This document shows positions 13,901 to 27,260 of a stretch of DNA of 64,000 bases, in pieces. Location: positions 14,790,948 through 14,854,947 of the forward strand of contig NC_092673.1 in assembly GCF_964355755.1 (NCBI RefSeq), given 5' to 3'. This DNA is from Antedon mediterranea. Its lineage: Eukaryota > Animalia > Echinodermata. Position 1 is the first letter of the stretch; each line of letters begins with the position of its first letter. The notes beneath the pieces are model-generated. The model was not told the DNA's origin and did not search any database. It worked only from the letters and a program-made list of their open reading frames with translations. A program made the translations under genes and the position numbers.

Positions 13901-16745
13901 GTTCTTATTATTCGCATGGTACCTTGTTCATTATATGCCAAGCATTCACCGTTCTATAGCATGGGTTGATACTTATCATAGTTCTTATTATTCGCATGGT
14001 ACCTTGTTCATTATATGCCAAGCATTCACCGTTCTATAGCATGGGTTGATACTTATCATAGTCCTTATTATTCGCATGGTACCTTGTTCATTATATGCCA
14101 AGCATTCACCGTTGCATAGCATGGGTTGATACTTATCATAGTCCTTATTATTCGCATGGTACCTTGTTCATTATATGCCAAGCATTCACCGTTCTATAGC
14201 ATGGGTTGATACTTATCATAGTCCTTATTATTCGCATGGTACCTTGTTCATTATATGCCAAGCATTCACCGTTCTATAGCATGGGTTGATACTTATCATA
14301 GTCCTTATTATTCGCATGGTACCTTGTTCATTATATGCCAAGCATTCACCGTTCTATAGCATGGGTTGATACTTATCATAGTTCTTATTATTCGCATGGT
14401 ACCTTGTTCATTATATGCCAAGCATTCACCGTTCTATAGCATGGGTTGATACTTATCATAGTCCTTATTATTCGCATGGTACCTTGTTCATTATATGCCA
14501 AGCATTCACCGTTGCATAGCATGGGTTGATACTTATCATAGTCCTTATTATTCGCATGGTACCTTGTTCATTATATGCCAAGCATTCACCGTTCTATAGC
14601 ATGGGTTGATACTTATCATAGTTCTTATTATTCGCATGGTACCTTGTTCATTATATGCCAAGCATTCACCGTTGCATAGCATGGGTTGATACTTATCATA
14701 GTTCTTATTATTCGCATGGTACCTTGTTCATTATATGCCAAGCATTCACCGTTGCATAGCATGGGTTGATACTTATCATAGTCCTTATTATTCGCATGGT
14801 ACCTTGTTCATTATATGCCAAGCATTCACCGTTGCATAGCATGGGTTGATACTTATCATAGTCCTTATTATTCGCATGGTACCTTGTTCATTATATGCCA
14901 AGCATTCACCGTTGCATAGCATGGGTTGATACTTATCATAGTTCTTATTGTTCGCATGGTACCTTGTTCATTATATGCCAAGCATTCACCGTTGCATAGC
15001 ATGGGTTGATACTTATCATAGTCCTTATTATTCGCATGGTACCTTGTTCATTATATGCCAAGCATTCACCGTTCTATAGCATGGGTTGATACTTATCATA
15101 GTCCTTATTATTCGCATGGTACCTTGTTCATTATATGCCAAGCATTCACCGTTGCATAGCATGGGTTGATACTTATCATAGTCCTTATTATTCGCATGGT
15201 ACCTTGTTCATTATATGCCAAGCATTCACCGTTGCATAGCATGGGTTGATACTTATCATAGTTCTTATTATTCGCATGGTACCTTGTTCATTATATGCCA
15301 AGCATTCACCGTTCTATAGCATGGGTTGATACTTATCATAGTCCTTATTATTCGCATGGTACCTTGTTCATTATATGCCAAGCATTCACCGTTCTATAGC
15401 ATGGGTTGATACTTATCATAGTCCTTATTATTCGCATGGTACCTTGTTCATTATATGCCAAGCATTCACCGTTGCATAGCATGGGTTGATACTTATCATA
15501 GTTCTTATTATTCGCATGGTACCTTGTTCATTATATGCCAAGCATTCACCGTTGCATAGCATGGGTTGATACTTATCATAGTTCTTATTATTCGCATGGT
15601 ACCTTGTTCATTATATGCCAAGCATTCACCGTTGCATAGCATGGGTTGATACTTATCATAGTCCTTATTATTCGCATGGTACCTTGTTCATTATATGCCA
15701 AGCATTCACCGTTGCATAGCATGGGTTGATACTTATCATAGTTCTTATTATTCGCATGGTACCTTGTTCATTATATGCCAAGCATTCACCGTTCTATAGC
15801 ATGGGTTGATACTTATCATAGTCCTTATTATTCGCATGGTACCTTGTTCATTATATGCCAAGCATTCACCGTTGCATAGCATGGGTTGATACTTATCATA
15901 GTTCTTATTATTCGCATGGTACCTTGTTCATTATATGCCAAGCATTCACCGTTGCATAGCATGGGTTGATACTTATCATAGTCCTTATTATTTGCATGGT
16001 ACCTTGTTCATTATATGCCAAGCATTCACCGTTCCATAGCATGGGTTGATACTTATCATAGTTCTTATTATTCGCATGGTACCTTGTTCATTATATGCCA
16101 AGCATTCACCGTTGCATAGCATGGGTTGATACTTATCATAGTTCTTATTATTCGCATGGTACCTTGTTCATTATATGCCAAGCATTCACCGTTGCATAGC
16201 ATGGGTTGATACTTATCATAGTTCTTATTATTCGCATGGTACCTTGTTCATTATATGCCAAGCATTCACCGTTGCATAGCATGGGTTGATACTTATCATA
16301 GTTCTTATTATTCGCATGGTACCTTGTTCATTATATGCCAAGCATTCACCGTTGCATAGCATGGGTTGATACTTATCATAGTTCTTATTATTCGCATGGT
16401 ACCTTGTTCATTATATGCCAAGCATTCACCGTTCTATAGCATGGGTTGATACTTATCATAGTTCTTATTATTCGCATGGTACCTTGTTCATTATATGCCA
16501 AGCATTCACCGTTGCATAGCATGGGTTGATACTTATCATAGTTCTTATTATTCGCATGGTACCTTGTTCATTATATGCCAAGCATTCACCGTTCTATAGC
16601 ATGGTTTGATACTTATCATAGTTCTTATTATTCGCATGGTACCTTGTTCATTATATGCCAAGCATTCACCGTTGCATAGCATGGGTTGATACTTATCATA
16701 GTTCTTATTATTCGCATGGTACCTTGTTCATTATATGCCAAGCAT
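10942..16745. repeat. 80-bp tandem satellite, about 72 near-identical copies
   Basis: Unit CCTTATTATTCGCATGGTACCTTGTTCATTATATGCCAAGCATTCACCGTTGCATAGCATGGGTTGATACTTATCATAGT. Variation is almost confined to two biallelic sites. Confidence 0.98.
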
Positions 16746-17521
16746 ATACTATATCCTTTCATCTTTATTCTCCCTATACCTACACTGGTTCTAAGTCGTA
16801 CATCTTACTATACTATTTCCTTTCATCCTCATTCTCCCTATACGTACCTACACTGGTTCTAAGTCGTACATCTTACTATACTATTTCCTTTCATCTTCAT
16901 TCTCCCTATACCTACACTGGTTCTAAGTCGTACATCTTACTATACTATTTCCTTTCATCTTCATTCTCCCTATACCTACACTGGTTCTAAGTCGTACATC
17001 TTACTATACTATTTCCTTTCATCTTTATTCTCCCTATACCTACACTGGTTCTAAGTCGTACATCTTACTATACTATTTCCTTTCATCCTCATTCTCCCTA
17101 TACCTACACTGGTTCTAAGTCGTACATCTTACTATACTATTTCCTTTCATCCTCATTCTCCCTATACCTACACTGGTTCTAAGTCGTACATCTTACTATA
17201 CTATTTCCTTTCATCTACATTCTCCCTATACCTACACTGGTTCTAAGTCGTACATCTTACTATACTATTTTCTTTCATCTTCATTCTCCCTATAACTACA
17301 CTGGTTCTAAGTCGTACATCTTACTATACTATTTCCTTTCATCTTCATTCTCCCTATACCTACACTGGTTCTAAGTCGTACATCTTACTATACTATTTCC
17401 TTTCATCTTCATTCTCCCTATACCTACACTGGTTCTAAGTCGTACATCTTACTATACTATTTCCTTTCATCTTCATTCTCCCTATACCTACACTGGTTCT
17501 AAGTCGTACATCTTACTATAC
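16745..17521. repeat. 64-bp tandem satellite, about 12 copies
   Basis: Unit TATACTATTTCCTTTCATCTTCATTCTCCCTATACCTACACTGGTTCTAAGTCGTACATCTTAC, directly abutting the 80-bp array. Confidence 0.97.
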
Positions 17522-19207
17522 ATTGATATCACTTTCCATTTTCTTACAAAACTTTTTACGCATCAGGACTATACACAAGAAAAATAATTTTAATCGTTAA
17601 TTATTAGAACAAGATCAGTATTAATTTAACAGTGAAGTACTTTTGGTTAACAACAAACAAAATCTACAAAATATATTTAGGAACCATGGCGGTACGGTAA
17701 CTTTTATATTTTCTAGGCCCCCAACAAAGTATGATCGCGACGAACCACGCACTTCATAGCGTGACAAGAAAGCGCTAGGCCCCCTAAACCTTCCATCGCG
17801 TGGTGAATTGCCGCATCTCCCATTGTCGCTATGGCGTGACGTAGCTCAAGTCGGACTTGCGCGAAGAAAATAATGTAATTTGTATACAGTTGTAAATAAA
17901 GATGATTTTCATTATTATAATTTATACCAATGTATATTTAATTAAGCTAATATAAATATAGATATTTCATTCTTCAATATCTGGCCAATATAACAACTCA
18001 ATGACTGTTACGTTTTTTATAAACATCGTTTAAAAACCATTTAGTCGACCATTTAGTCTGCCCCCTCCAGGACTAAAAAAATCGATCAAAATCCGTCTCG
18101 ATTTAGTCGAGGTTGGCCTGATTTAGTCGGTGATTTAGTTGAAGTTCGGTTTATGAATTAAAATGACGTCATTTTTTTAGTTTTAGCTTGAACTACGACT
18201 AAAGTCCGGTTTAAGAATACGGGCGTTACTCTCAGACTCTGGCCTGACATAGCCTACTGTACATTACAGGCCTGCCTAAAAAGCCTAGCCTCTAGCTAGA
18301 CCAGGACTCAGCAGTCAGGAGGTAGGCCTAGGCTAGGCCATACAGTACAAAATACAAATGCTTGGCTAGTAGTAGGCCTAGCTAGGTCTTGTTGTTGATG
18401 AAAGTGAAAGGGAGCCGTAGTAGTAGTAGTAGACCTATAGGATCCAGACCTATATAGGCCACCATGTTAAATACGGTATACTTTCACTGTTCAGGAATTT
18501 AACATTATTCAATAAAGTAATTAAAATGTACTTTTCTTGTTGTGGAATCGGTGAGAAATAATGAGGTGAACACGTTGTTGCAATATGTTGTCTTTATTAG
18601 ATTTATTATTATTCAACAACTGTGTTGGGTTGTCTATAAGAACAAACAAAATACACTAAGTAGATAGTTCTGTAGTCAACAAATACTTCGAAACATATGA
18701 TAATAAAGAATAGTACGACTATCCCCTCTATAGTAATAGAAAGATGTAGACACTCGTACGCCGACTCGACTCGAAGTGATAACGTCAAGCGAGGCCTAGA
18801 TATATGAACTTTAACAACAATAAAATATCTAATTTTGAAAGGTATACACAACTCAAAGACTGCCCCTGCAGACTCCTGGCTAAACATATTAATAAACGAT
18901 TCTAATTAAACTCACCCAAAGGGTTCTAAATAACAAATAAAGATGATTACACAGCATGAATATCTCACACGATACCAAATTGTATATGATTTCGTTCAGC
19001 CTGCGTATTGTACGCGCACTGGCACGCAACTCACAAATTAAAAACAAATGACGTCATGACATCCCAGCCCCCTAAAAAGTGACGGATGGTTACAACTAGT
19101 AACAAAGTCTACAACTTTAAATGTAACAATGAAAAGTTCATAAATGTCAATTACACTTTAAATCATCAATCACAGTGGTCAAGGAACATCATCTGATCCA
19201 CATATCA

Positions 19208-20428
19208 CTACATGTCTGAACGTTCGGTGCTCTTCATTAGCATGATCAACTTAGTAACCGGTTTCTTAGCATTGATACCATCTGCAAATCTTATGTCAAC
19301 AACCCTAACAAGGTCATCTTTCCCTGGATAAACTTTACTGACTTCTGCCATTTTCCAACTACCACGTTTCTTGTTCTCACCAAGTACTATGTCACTTTCC
19401 ATTACATTCTCCATTGATTTCTGCCATTTAAGTCTTGGTGAGAGCTTATGGATACACTCCATCCATCGGTGCCAGAAACCATTCACCATAGAGTTACAAA
19501 TTTCTCTCCGTTTTCTCAAATTTCCATGGAATTCTTCACACGGTACTTTCGGACACTGTAAATCACCTCTTCCAATCAGGAAATGATTAGGAGTCAACGG
19601 CGGATGATCCATAGGCAGTGATGACTTGGCCGTCAAAGGTCGACTATTGATAAGACCAGATATCTGACAGAACACCGTCTCCCATTCAACAAATGTTATG
19701 TTGTGGAATCGTAGGAACCCTGGTCCATCGATGACTTTCTTCATATCGTCAATGTTTCCTCCTCTTGAAACAATATCTATAGTGTTCTGGTCTGATGGTA
19801 CAAAGGCAATATCTTTGATCGGGTCAAATTCAGAAGTGATCTCACGGTATGCAACATACGATCGGAAAGATTTAGATTGACCTCTCAGCCAACTGATGGC
19901 AGTCATACTGTCTGTCCAAATCTTTGAATAAACTATGTCAAACCTCAAAGCATTCTTTACAGTGAGCATCAGCCTTGAAAGCAGCAGAATTGCTTGAAGT
20001 TCTTTCCTGGGGATGCTTGATTGTTTAAGTGGTGTGAGTCTGGCTCGGGCGCACACAAACGACAAATAAGCTTCAGTTGACTCTTCATGTGACCACCTTA
20101 GCCAAACTCCGATACCCATAGCATCTTCTGAAGCATCACTTGCACCATGCAGAGATACTTTTGGTAATGGTCTTTTCCCTCTAAATGGCTCTGGAATAAG
20201 ACATCTTGGAATTTCTATGTCACTTGCTTTTTCAAGGTCTCTATTGATTTCACTGAGAATAGCACAAAGTTCACCTCTCTGGTTAAGTGGTGTATCCCAA
20301 TCAATGTTTAGTTGCCACAGTTTTTGTAACAGTGTTTTCGGTCGGACAAGGATACCGGAAAGCATACCGAATACGTCATAGTAAGAAGCGGTTTGTTTCA
20401 GAATGCTACGTTTAGTTGGGATTAGACC
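19208..20428 (-). pseudogene. BEL/Pao RNase H region fused to the integrase C-terminus (integrase core deleted)
   Basis: PTKRSIL...YDVFG, HGASDASEDA, SIPRKELQA, WTDS and NTIDIVSRG run to GPGFL, which is followed directly by ITFVEWETV...INSRPLT...LTPNHFLIG. The HHCC and DDE core is missing. Confidence 0.9.
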
Positions 20429-23380
20429 TTAAATTAGTTTTACCTCTTTGACCTTTAGAGTGTCGTTCACAAGGTCCCACTTTGTTCCCAAAGCTGTTGC
20501 AGCAGTGGCGTCTTCTGATTCATCACACATATTCCTAACGTTGGATTGCCATTTCCTGATATTGAAGTTTCCTTTCTTCAGAGTCTCAATGAGTTTAGAC
20601 TTTAAGTTGTCAGCCTCATTAGCATCAGTAACTGATTTATTCAAATCATCCATGTAAAACTGGTCAGTAACAATTCTTTCTAATTGTTTATCACCGGGTG
20701 CATGCTCAGATACTATATGCCTCAAAGTCACAATAGCCGCAGTTGGTGATGGCTTGTCACCAAATGTAACAGTCGTCAACTCGTACACTTGAATTGGATG
20801 GTTAGGATTCTCCCTGAACACACATCGATGAAAGCGGGCATCATCAGAACTGATTTTAATAGCCTGGAACATCTTACTAATGTCGGCAATTATACCAACT
20901 TCGTTTTCTCGGAATCGTAGGGCAACATCAAAAAGATCTGTATTAACATTTTCTCCTTTATATAAATAATCATTAAGAGAATGGCCTTGAAATCTTGCCT
21001 TCCCATCATATACCACTCTCACAGGTGTTGTTTTAGATTCTTTGGTTACGGCAAAGTGTGGTAAAAACCACATCTTCCTTCCAGCCTCTCTATCTCTTTG
21101 TAGCTCTGCTTCTGTCACTCGACGAGAGACACCTCTTTTCAGTTGATCTCTCATTTGTTCGCAATACACTTCCCATTCTATGCTTCTATTCTCAAATTGC
21201 TTTTCTAGGCTCTTCAGTCTCTTCACAGCATACCCATAGTTATCTGGAAGGTCATTTGGTGCCCTTTTCCAAGGCAATCTAATTTCATAAGTTCCATTTG
21301 GCAGTTGTTTCACACTCTGATCAATTGCTTCCGTTGCCTTGCGATTTGTTAGATGTTCAGAGCATTTGCACTTCTTTGGTTCTAAACCCATTGTCTCAAT
21401 GCCAAGAAAATCTTCCATTGGTCCAACTGCAGACACATTAACATAGTTGAAGAGTGCTGATGTGGTGAGTTGTCCTCTTTGGATAAACCATCCAAAAGGA
21501 CATTTCACGGCTACAGGTTCATTGATACATTCACCTCGGAGGTACTCTTCCCAAATCATTAAGTGTGTGTTATCAACACCAAGCAGTACATCAATAGTTG
21601 GGTATGGAGCAACTTGTAAATCAATTTCATTTAGATGACTGTATTGTTTAAGCTGTTCTTTGTATACTATAGGAGCATCTCCGCAGGGTTCGTCTATTTC
21701 TGTGACGGTGAGTGGACAAGACCATGTACCATTTACGTCTTCAATGTAGCAATTCAGCAATCGTAGTTTCTTAGTAATTTTCTTACCACCAACCAGACTC
21801 AGATCGTGTTTTTGATAAACATCTTGATTAGTAAGTGGAATGAGTCCCGATCTCAGAAGTGTCGCTTGGCTTCCACCATCCAATAAGATACGCACTAGAC
21901 GGCGGGTTTTGCCACATCTCAGGTACCCCATAACAGTAGGTAAAGTCACTTGTAATTTACTTTCTCCATTGTGGGTGACCATGCCTGCCTGCTTAACAAC
22001 TGTGGTTGGATCCGCTGGTTGAAATGGTTGAGCATTGCAATTAAGATTGGGTTGATCCTTTCTTTCATAAAAGACAGGACAAACAGCCGGGAAGTGAAGG
22101 TTACTTCCACAAGATGGAGTTCCACAAGGTGCGGCAAATTGACAGGAATTCTTATCATATGGAGGTTTACCAGCAGAGCAATTGTTGTGACCACATCTAA
22201 AACAGATTCTGTTCTTTTTCATCACTTCATATTTCTCCTTTTGAGACAAACTTCGAAACTTGTTACAACTCTTTAAGCAATGAGTATTCGCAGTTGGATG
22301 CAGTGCACACTTGGGATTTCTATTGTAGTCTGACTTGTATCCTTCTGCAGATGACACTACAGCAGCATTTGAAGCCTTCTTTGACGATGAAGATGATTCA
22401 GTTTCAGTCATGGGCCTAGCTTTCTCAAGCAACAATAATTGGCTGTACAGCCATTTAACCAAGCCAGTGAGAGAATGACCTGTGTCGTTGTCCCTAACGC
22501 TTTTATAGTAAGCTATTCTGTGTTCTTCTGGTAACCTCTGTTTTATTTGGCTCAGCATGATTTTGCTGTTCAATTCTCCAGATAAACCAATAGTTTCCGC
22601 TCTGGTTTCAAACGTTTGAAGGGTTTGGACAAAACGACTCATGGCTGGAATGTTGATCTTGTCCTTACTTTCATAGGACTTTAAATTCTCTAGATCCTTC
22701 AACAGACTATCAACCACTCTGTCTTTGTCTCCGTAGCGTTCATCTAACACTTCCCAAGCTCTAGCCACATCGATACATCCTTTAACCATGTTTCTTTCTT
22801 TGCTGTTAATCATAGATTCAGTTAGCTGGTAGAAACATTCAATCTCAGTTAGATTAGTTGCACAATGTGTAAATAATTCTTTAAATCTTTTGTAATCCCG
22901 GATGTTGCCATTAAATGTAGGATACTTCATCTTTGCCATGGTAGGCGTTAACCTTGCCATAGCAGGTCGAGGTGTAGGTGAACTGAATGCAGGCGGCGAG
23001 GCAACCGTACCAGCAGGCTGCGTTGAGGCTGATGTTTGAAGAGGAGTTGTTGGAGTTGAGAATGGTACATCGACTGTAGATTGTGAGTGGCGCAGGGTAA
23101 TCTCCCGTTTTGCACATACCAACTTTTGAAGGAAATCCATCTCACATTCTGACATCCATTTCTCTTCCGTTTCAAATTCTCCCTGGTCTTCAATTACATC
23201 AATCAGTTCAGAGTGTTTTAACTCAACTTTTCTGAACTGTTCCTCCGCCTTGATAATGTAAGTTTTTAAAACATCTGGTTCGCAATTTTCTTTAAGTAGT
23301 GATTCTATCATGGACAGAGTCCTTGTTAACTGACCTTTGCTGTTCCGTCTGGTAAGCTTCAGTTTGTTTAAGTCTGCCAT
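20429..23380 (-). CDS. BEL/Pao Gag-protease-reverse transcriptase polyprotein (N-terminal part)
   Basis: ATG at 23380. Gag Cys/His knuckles (CFRCGHNNC...CGTPSCGSNLH), aspartic protease LLDGGSQAT, RT motifs FLPHFAV, ADISKMFQ, TFGDKPSP and YMDD. Frameshifted near 20430. Confidence 0.95.
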   Translation of the reverse strand: MADLNKLKLTRRNSKGQLTRTLSMIESLLKENCEPDVLKTYIIKAEEQFRKVELKHSELIDVIEDQGEFETEEKWMSECEMDFLQKLVCAKREITLRHSQSTVDVPFSTPTTPLQTSASTQPAGTVASPPAFSSPTPRPAMARLTPTMAKMKYPTFNGNIRDYKRFKELFTHCATNLTEIECFYQLTESMINSKERNMVKGCIDVARAWEVLDERYGDKDRVVDSLLKDLENLKSYESKDKINIPAMSRFVQTLQTFETRAETIGLSGELNSKIMLSQIKQRLPEEHRIAYYKSVRDNDTGHSLTGLVKWLYSQLLLLEKARPMTETESSSSSKKASNAAVVSSAEGYKSDYNRNPKCALHPTANTHCLKSCNKFRSLSQKEKYEVMKKNRICFRCGHNNCSAGKPPYDKNSCQFAAPCGTPSCGSNLHFPAVCPVFYERKDQPNLNCNAQPFQPADPTTVVKQAGMVTHNGESKLQVTLPTVMGYLRCGKTRRLVRILLDGGSQATLLRSGLIPLTNQDVYQKHDLSLVGGKKITKKLRLLNCYIEDVNGTWSCPLTVTEIDEPCGDAPIVYKEQLKQYSHLNEIDLQVAPYPTIDVLLGVDNTHLMIWEEYLRGECINEPVAVKCPFGWFIQRGQLTTSALFNYVNVSAVGPMEDFLGIETMGLEPKKCKCSEHLTNRKATEAIDQSVKQLPNGTYEIRLPWKRAPNDLPDNYGYAVKRLKSLEKQFENRSIEWEVYCEQMRDQLKRGVSRRVTEAELQRDREAGRKMWFLPHFAVTKESKTTPVRVVYDGKARFQGHSLNDYLYKGENVNTDLFDVALRFRENEVGIIADISKMFQAIKISSDDARFHRCVFRENPNHPIQVYELTTVTFGDKPSPTAAIVTLRHIVSEHAPGDKQLERIVTDQFYMDDLNKSVTDANEADNLKSKLIETLKKGNFNIRKWQSNVRNMCDESEDATAATALGTKWDLVNDTLKVKEVKLI

Positions 23381-24479
23381 TGTAATTATTTCACTAGTTG
23401 TTGAAGCTGTTGTGGAATCGGTGAGAAATAATGAGGTGAACACGTTGTTGCAATATGTTGTCTTTATTAGATTTATTATTATTCAACAACTGTGTTGGGT
23501 TGTCTATAAGAACAAACAAAATACACTAAGTAGATAGTTCTGTAGTCAACAAATACTTCGAAACATATGATAATAGAGAATAGTACGACTACCCCCTCTA
23601 TAGTAATAGAAAGATGTAGACACTCGTACGCCGACTCGACTCGAAGTGATAACGTCAAGCGAGGCCTAGATATATGAACTTTAACAACAATAAAATATCT
23701 AATTTTGAAAGGTATACACAACTCAAAGACTGCCCCTGCAGACTCCTGGCTAAACATATTAATAAACGATTCTAATTAAACTCACCCAAAGGGTTCTAAA
23801 TAACAAATAAAGATGATTACACAGCATGAATATCTCACACGATACCAAATTGTATATGATTTCGTTCAGCCTGCGTATTGTACGCGCACTGGCACGCAAC
23901 TCACAAATTGAAAACAAATGACGTCATGACATTTCTATTTAATTAACCTATAGTATATTAAATATTATTATTCCACCATAAATTGTATACAAGTAGGCCT
24001 AGGCCTGCCTAGTATCTTTTCAGGAATTGACATTATTTATAGTTATTAATTATTAAATAACAATAATTATGCCTATTAACTACTATATAGGGCCTACAGT
24101 AGCTAGGCCTACATACAACTTTTTTTTTAATGTAATTGGGACCGACGGCCCCTCCCGCCCTGGGTTGGTTAGTGCCTACTAGCCGAGCTAGGATTCACTA
24201 GTCCAGACTATGCCCACCCAGTAGTAGTGTAGTAGAGTATGTTAAAGTGTCCTTGCATTGTTTATTTTGGCATTGAAACATCTTGAGAATAAGGTTCTCT
24301 TTTTTTAGACTTCTTCTTGTATCAAATAAAAGTGTGCTTGTTATGTTGTAAGAAATTATTAGGTTTTTTCTTAATTTACAGAGGAAATTTTAACAACATC
24401 AAAGTGGATGCTGGCTGTTGATGGCCATGTTGTATTAATAATAACATTGTTACGTGTGTGTGTCTGGATTAGAAATGCT

Positions 24480-26558
24480 GTTCGCTGCATACTACTGTTT
24501 TGGAATCCAGTATAATGCTGAGATGTTGCAGCTACGATGGATTTTTCAAAGGTATGTTTTGCATACTTATTGTATAGTTTCACTGGCTTTTATGCTGCTA
24601 CTGGCTTGAATTTGAACATCTACAGTAGTGTTTTTAATTATTTTTAGACCAAATGTAATATAACACTTGGTGATATTAATGTCTTTCATTTGAAAGTGAC
24701 TATAAAAGCAAGCTTTTTAACAGTTCACAACTATAAATATTAGAATGCTTTATTTTTTTTCCTAATAAAATGCAATTTGCTTATTCTTTTCCAGTATCAA
24801 ATTTATGATAAACTACATTATTTTGTTTCTTTCAGATGCTTTATGCTAATGAATCCTGACAAAGGGTCAAAATCAGCAGTCAGAAAAAATAAGAAGAATT
24901 ATTCAATACATCCTAAGGTTCTCACCATAATCAACAAAATGAGTGACCTGGAATGGACTACATAAAAAGTAGGTGGTTTAAATATTTATTTTGAATTTAA
25001 TCATGATTTATTTTGAGATTTAAAATGACTTAATTTGGGTAAAAATTACAACAATCTGGCTCAGCCCATTTACACTTTCTTTTAATTAATTAAAATTGAT
25101 TGTTTGTAGAACCCCTAGCAAAGGTACATTTATCAGTGTTTGCATACATAGAAACCGTATTTATTCAAAGAAATGTTCAGAAGGGAAGGAGGGACATTTA
25201 TTTTTAGGGTGTAAAATGGTAACATATATTTAGTCAAAATCTAACACCCCTTCAATTTAAAAACTACAATACAAGTAATATTAGGATATGATAAAATACA
25301 GTACATACTGTATTTTTTAAATTTTTAAATTGTAGATCATTTGCAGTTAATATAACTACCAAGAAATGTGTAATAACCCTGGCTATAAAAGTATTGTGTG
25401 TATTATATAGCTTTAAAGCAACTAAAGTGTTCATGTTATTTTTACAACACTGCAAGCCGGCCATGGGTGTGAGTTACCTGTGCTTTATTGTAGTAAGCAC
25501 TTTTGATTTGCTCGAACAACAATACGCTTATGATTATAATTATACAGTTTAAATAATTATAATTAACCTTGAATTGAAGCTAACATTTCATTACAGTTGT
25601 ATCGCCTGATTCATCTGTAATATATGTTGTGGAATAATTAATATTTAATTTTATTTATAATATATTTTTATAATTTTGACAGGCATGTTCATCAAGCAAC
25701 ATGACAATGAGCATTGACTTGCCAGGATAGGCTCCTGGACTTTGATCTTTGACGATGCAGGCCACTGTTGTTTTTTTTAAAATCAATAATAATCTTTTTG
25801 CAATTCATAATCAAATTTAAGTACATTTCATTACATTTATACATTAATTTAAAGAAAACTAGAATTTGTTTAGTTTTTATACAACAGACAGACAAAAAGT
25901 ACAAATCTATTACGTGTAACAATAAAATTTGGTTTGTAATATGTGATTTAGGACTTTATCCTGTAATCTGGTAATAGAATCGTAGAATGTGTAATAAATA
26001 GTGTACCTTGTTAACCATAACAATGCTTTGCTTTATTCATTTCAGTCTTACATAGTAATGTGAAAATACAAAGTGTTGTACATTTCGGAGTAAAAATCTA
26101 AATATTGCTATCGTAGATGAAAAACTTGTTTCCTGATGCACTGTATGTGACTCATCTGTATACAAAGAAAAGAAAACATTGAAAAATTTACGGTAAAAGG
26201 CTGGCAGCAGTTTTGCCAAGGAAAAACCGTAAAATACATGGTTATTTTTGGAAAACCGTAAATTCATTAACAGTTCACTGTAATTTAATTTACGAGAAAC
26301 TGTTTTAATACAGTCTACTGTAAATTATTTTAAATTTCAATGTAATTTTGTTTACAAAATCCTGTAAATTGAAAATTTTTTTTACAGTATATTGTAGAAC
26401 AAAATACAATTAACCGTAAAATAAATTACAAACAAATGTTAGTTTTGCGGTTTTTGACCGTTACACAATTTACAGTTTAACCGTAAATTTTACGGGTTTT
26501 CCTTGGCAAAACTGCTGCCAGCTTTTTACCGTAAATTTAACAATTTTTTTTTACAGTG
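24480..26558 (+). mobile_element. Degenerate EnSpm/CACTA-like element: accessory-protein exon remnants and a CACTG terminus
   Basis: Spliced remnants FGIQYNAE...ATMDFFQR and RCFMLMNPDKGSK...HPKVLTIINKMSDLEW resemble animal EnSpm accessory proteins (from memory). Inverted ~60-bp repeats at 26180-26235 and 26480-26558 end in TTTTTTACAGTG. Confidence 0.45.
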
Positions 26559-27138
26559 TAAGCGTCCAAATCTTCAAGCGGTAAACAACTGCGTACGAAG
26601 TCTGCAGTGAAATTACTGTAGCGTGAAAGCTGCGAACACTGCAGTTTGTGCACTGAATTAAACTGTATAGTGTACCTCTTATTAAGCTAGGGATTATCAT
26701 ACAGTTTACTAAATATTTAGGGCTAATCATTGGTTGCGGTGTTAAAATTCCTGGAAACATTTGTGTGAACAAAACTAGATCGAATTGCTGTCATGAGTAC
26801 TGATTTGTTGGGCCGTGATTTCAGACGCCTAAGTTATCTATCTAGACTTATTTTTTCGAATAAATGTACGTCGTATAACAAATAAATACTGTAATAGTTA
26901 CTGAAGTTACTATTACAACCTCGTCAATAAAAAAACAAATATGTACTGTATATGTTTATTCACCTATTTTTGAAAACGCATACTATAAAGTTTCCTTTGT
27001 CTATAAAATGACGTAATCATCATAATGCACATTGTTTACAGGAGTAATTAAAAACCAAATTGTAGTTGGAGAAAAGAAACTACGAAGCATGTTTATGTTA
27101 TGTTGTGTGCCGTTATGTTTTCACCATTGACAGCCATT

Positions 27139-27260
27139 GGAGTAGAGCTGTATCATAGAGGTTGGTGTTTGCCTTCCAATCCTAAGGTCCGGGGTTCAAT
27201 CCTGATTTAGTGCCGCCATATATGGTTATAACTCACACTCTTTCACTCCCTAAGCCTCAA
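27139..27260 (+). mobile_element. tRNA-derived SINE-like remnant
   Basis: tRNA-like head with a B-box, GGTCCGGGGTTCAATCCTG. Degenerate, not a functional tRNA. Confidence 0.4.

Larger units (their letters stand above)
18538..23931 (-). mobile_element. BEL/Pao LTR retrotransposon, internally deleted
   Basis: Two 524-bp TGT...ACA LTRs (18538-19061 and 23408-23931) with 3 differences seen. 5-bp TSD TTTCT (18533-37 and 23932-36). PPT AGGGGGCTGGGA on the minus strand next to the 3' LTR. Confidence 0.97.

Noticed and set aside
10942-17521. Possible CRISPR array
   Set aside because: The units are contiguous near-identical monomers with no unique spacers, there are no cas genes, and the context is eukaryotic.
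18609-23757. Duplicated 92-aa ORF (18609-18887 and 23479-23757)
   Set aside because: It lies wholly inside the two LTRs, so the duplication is explained by LTR identity. No motif recognised.
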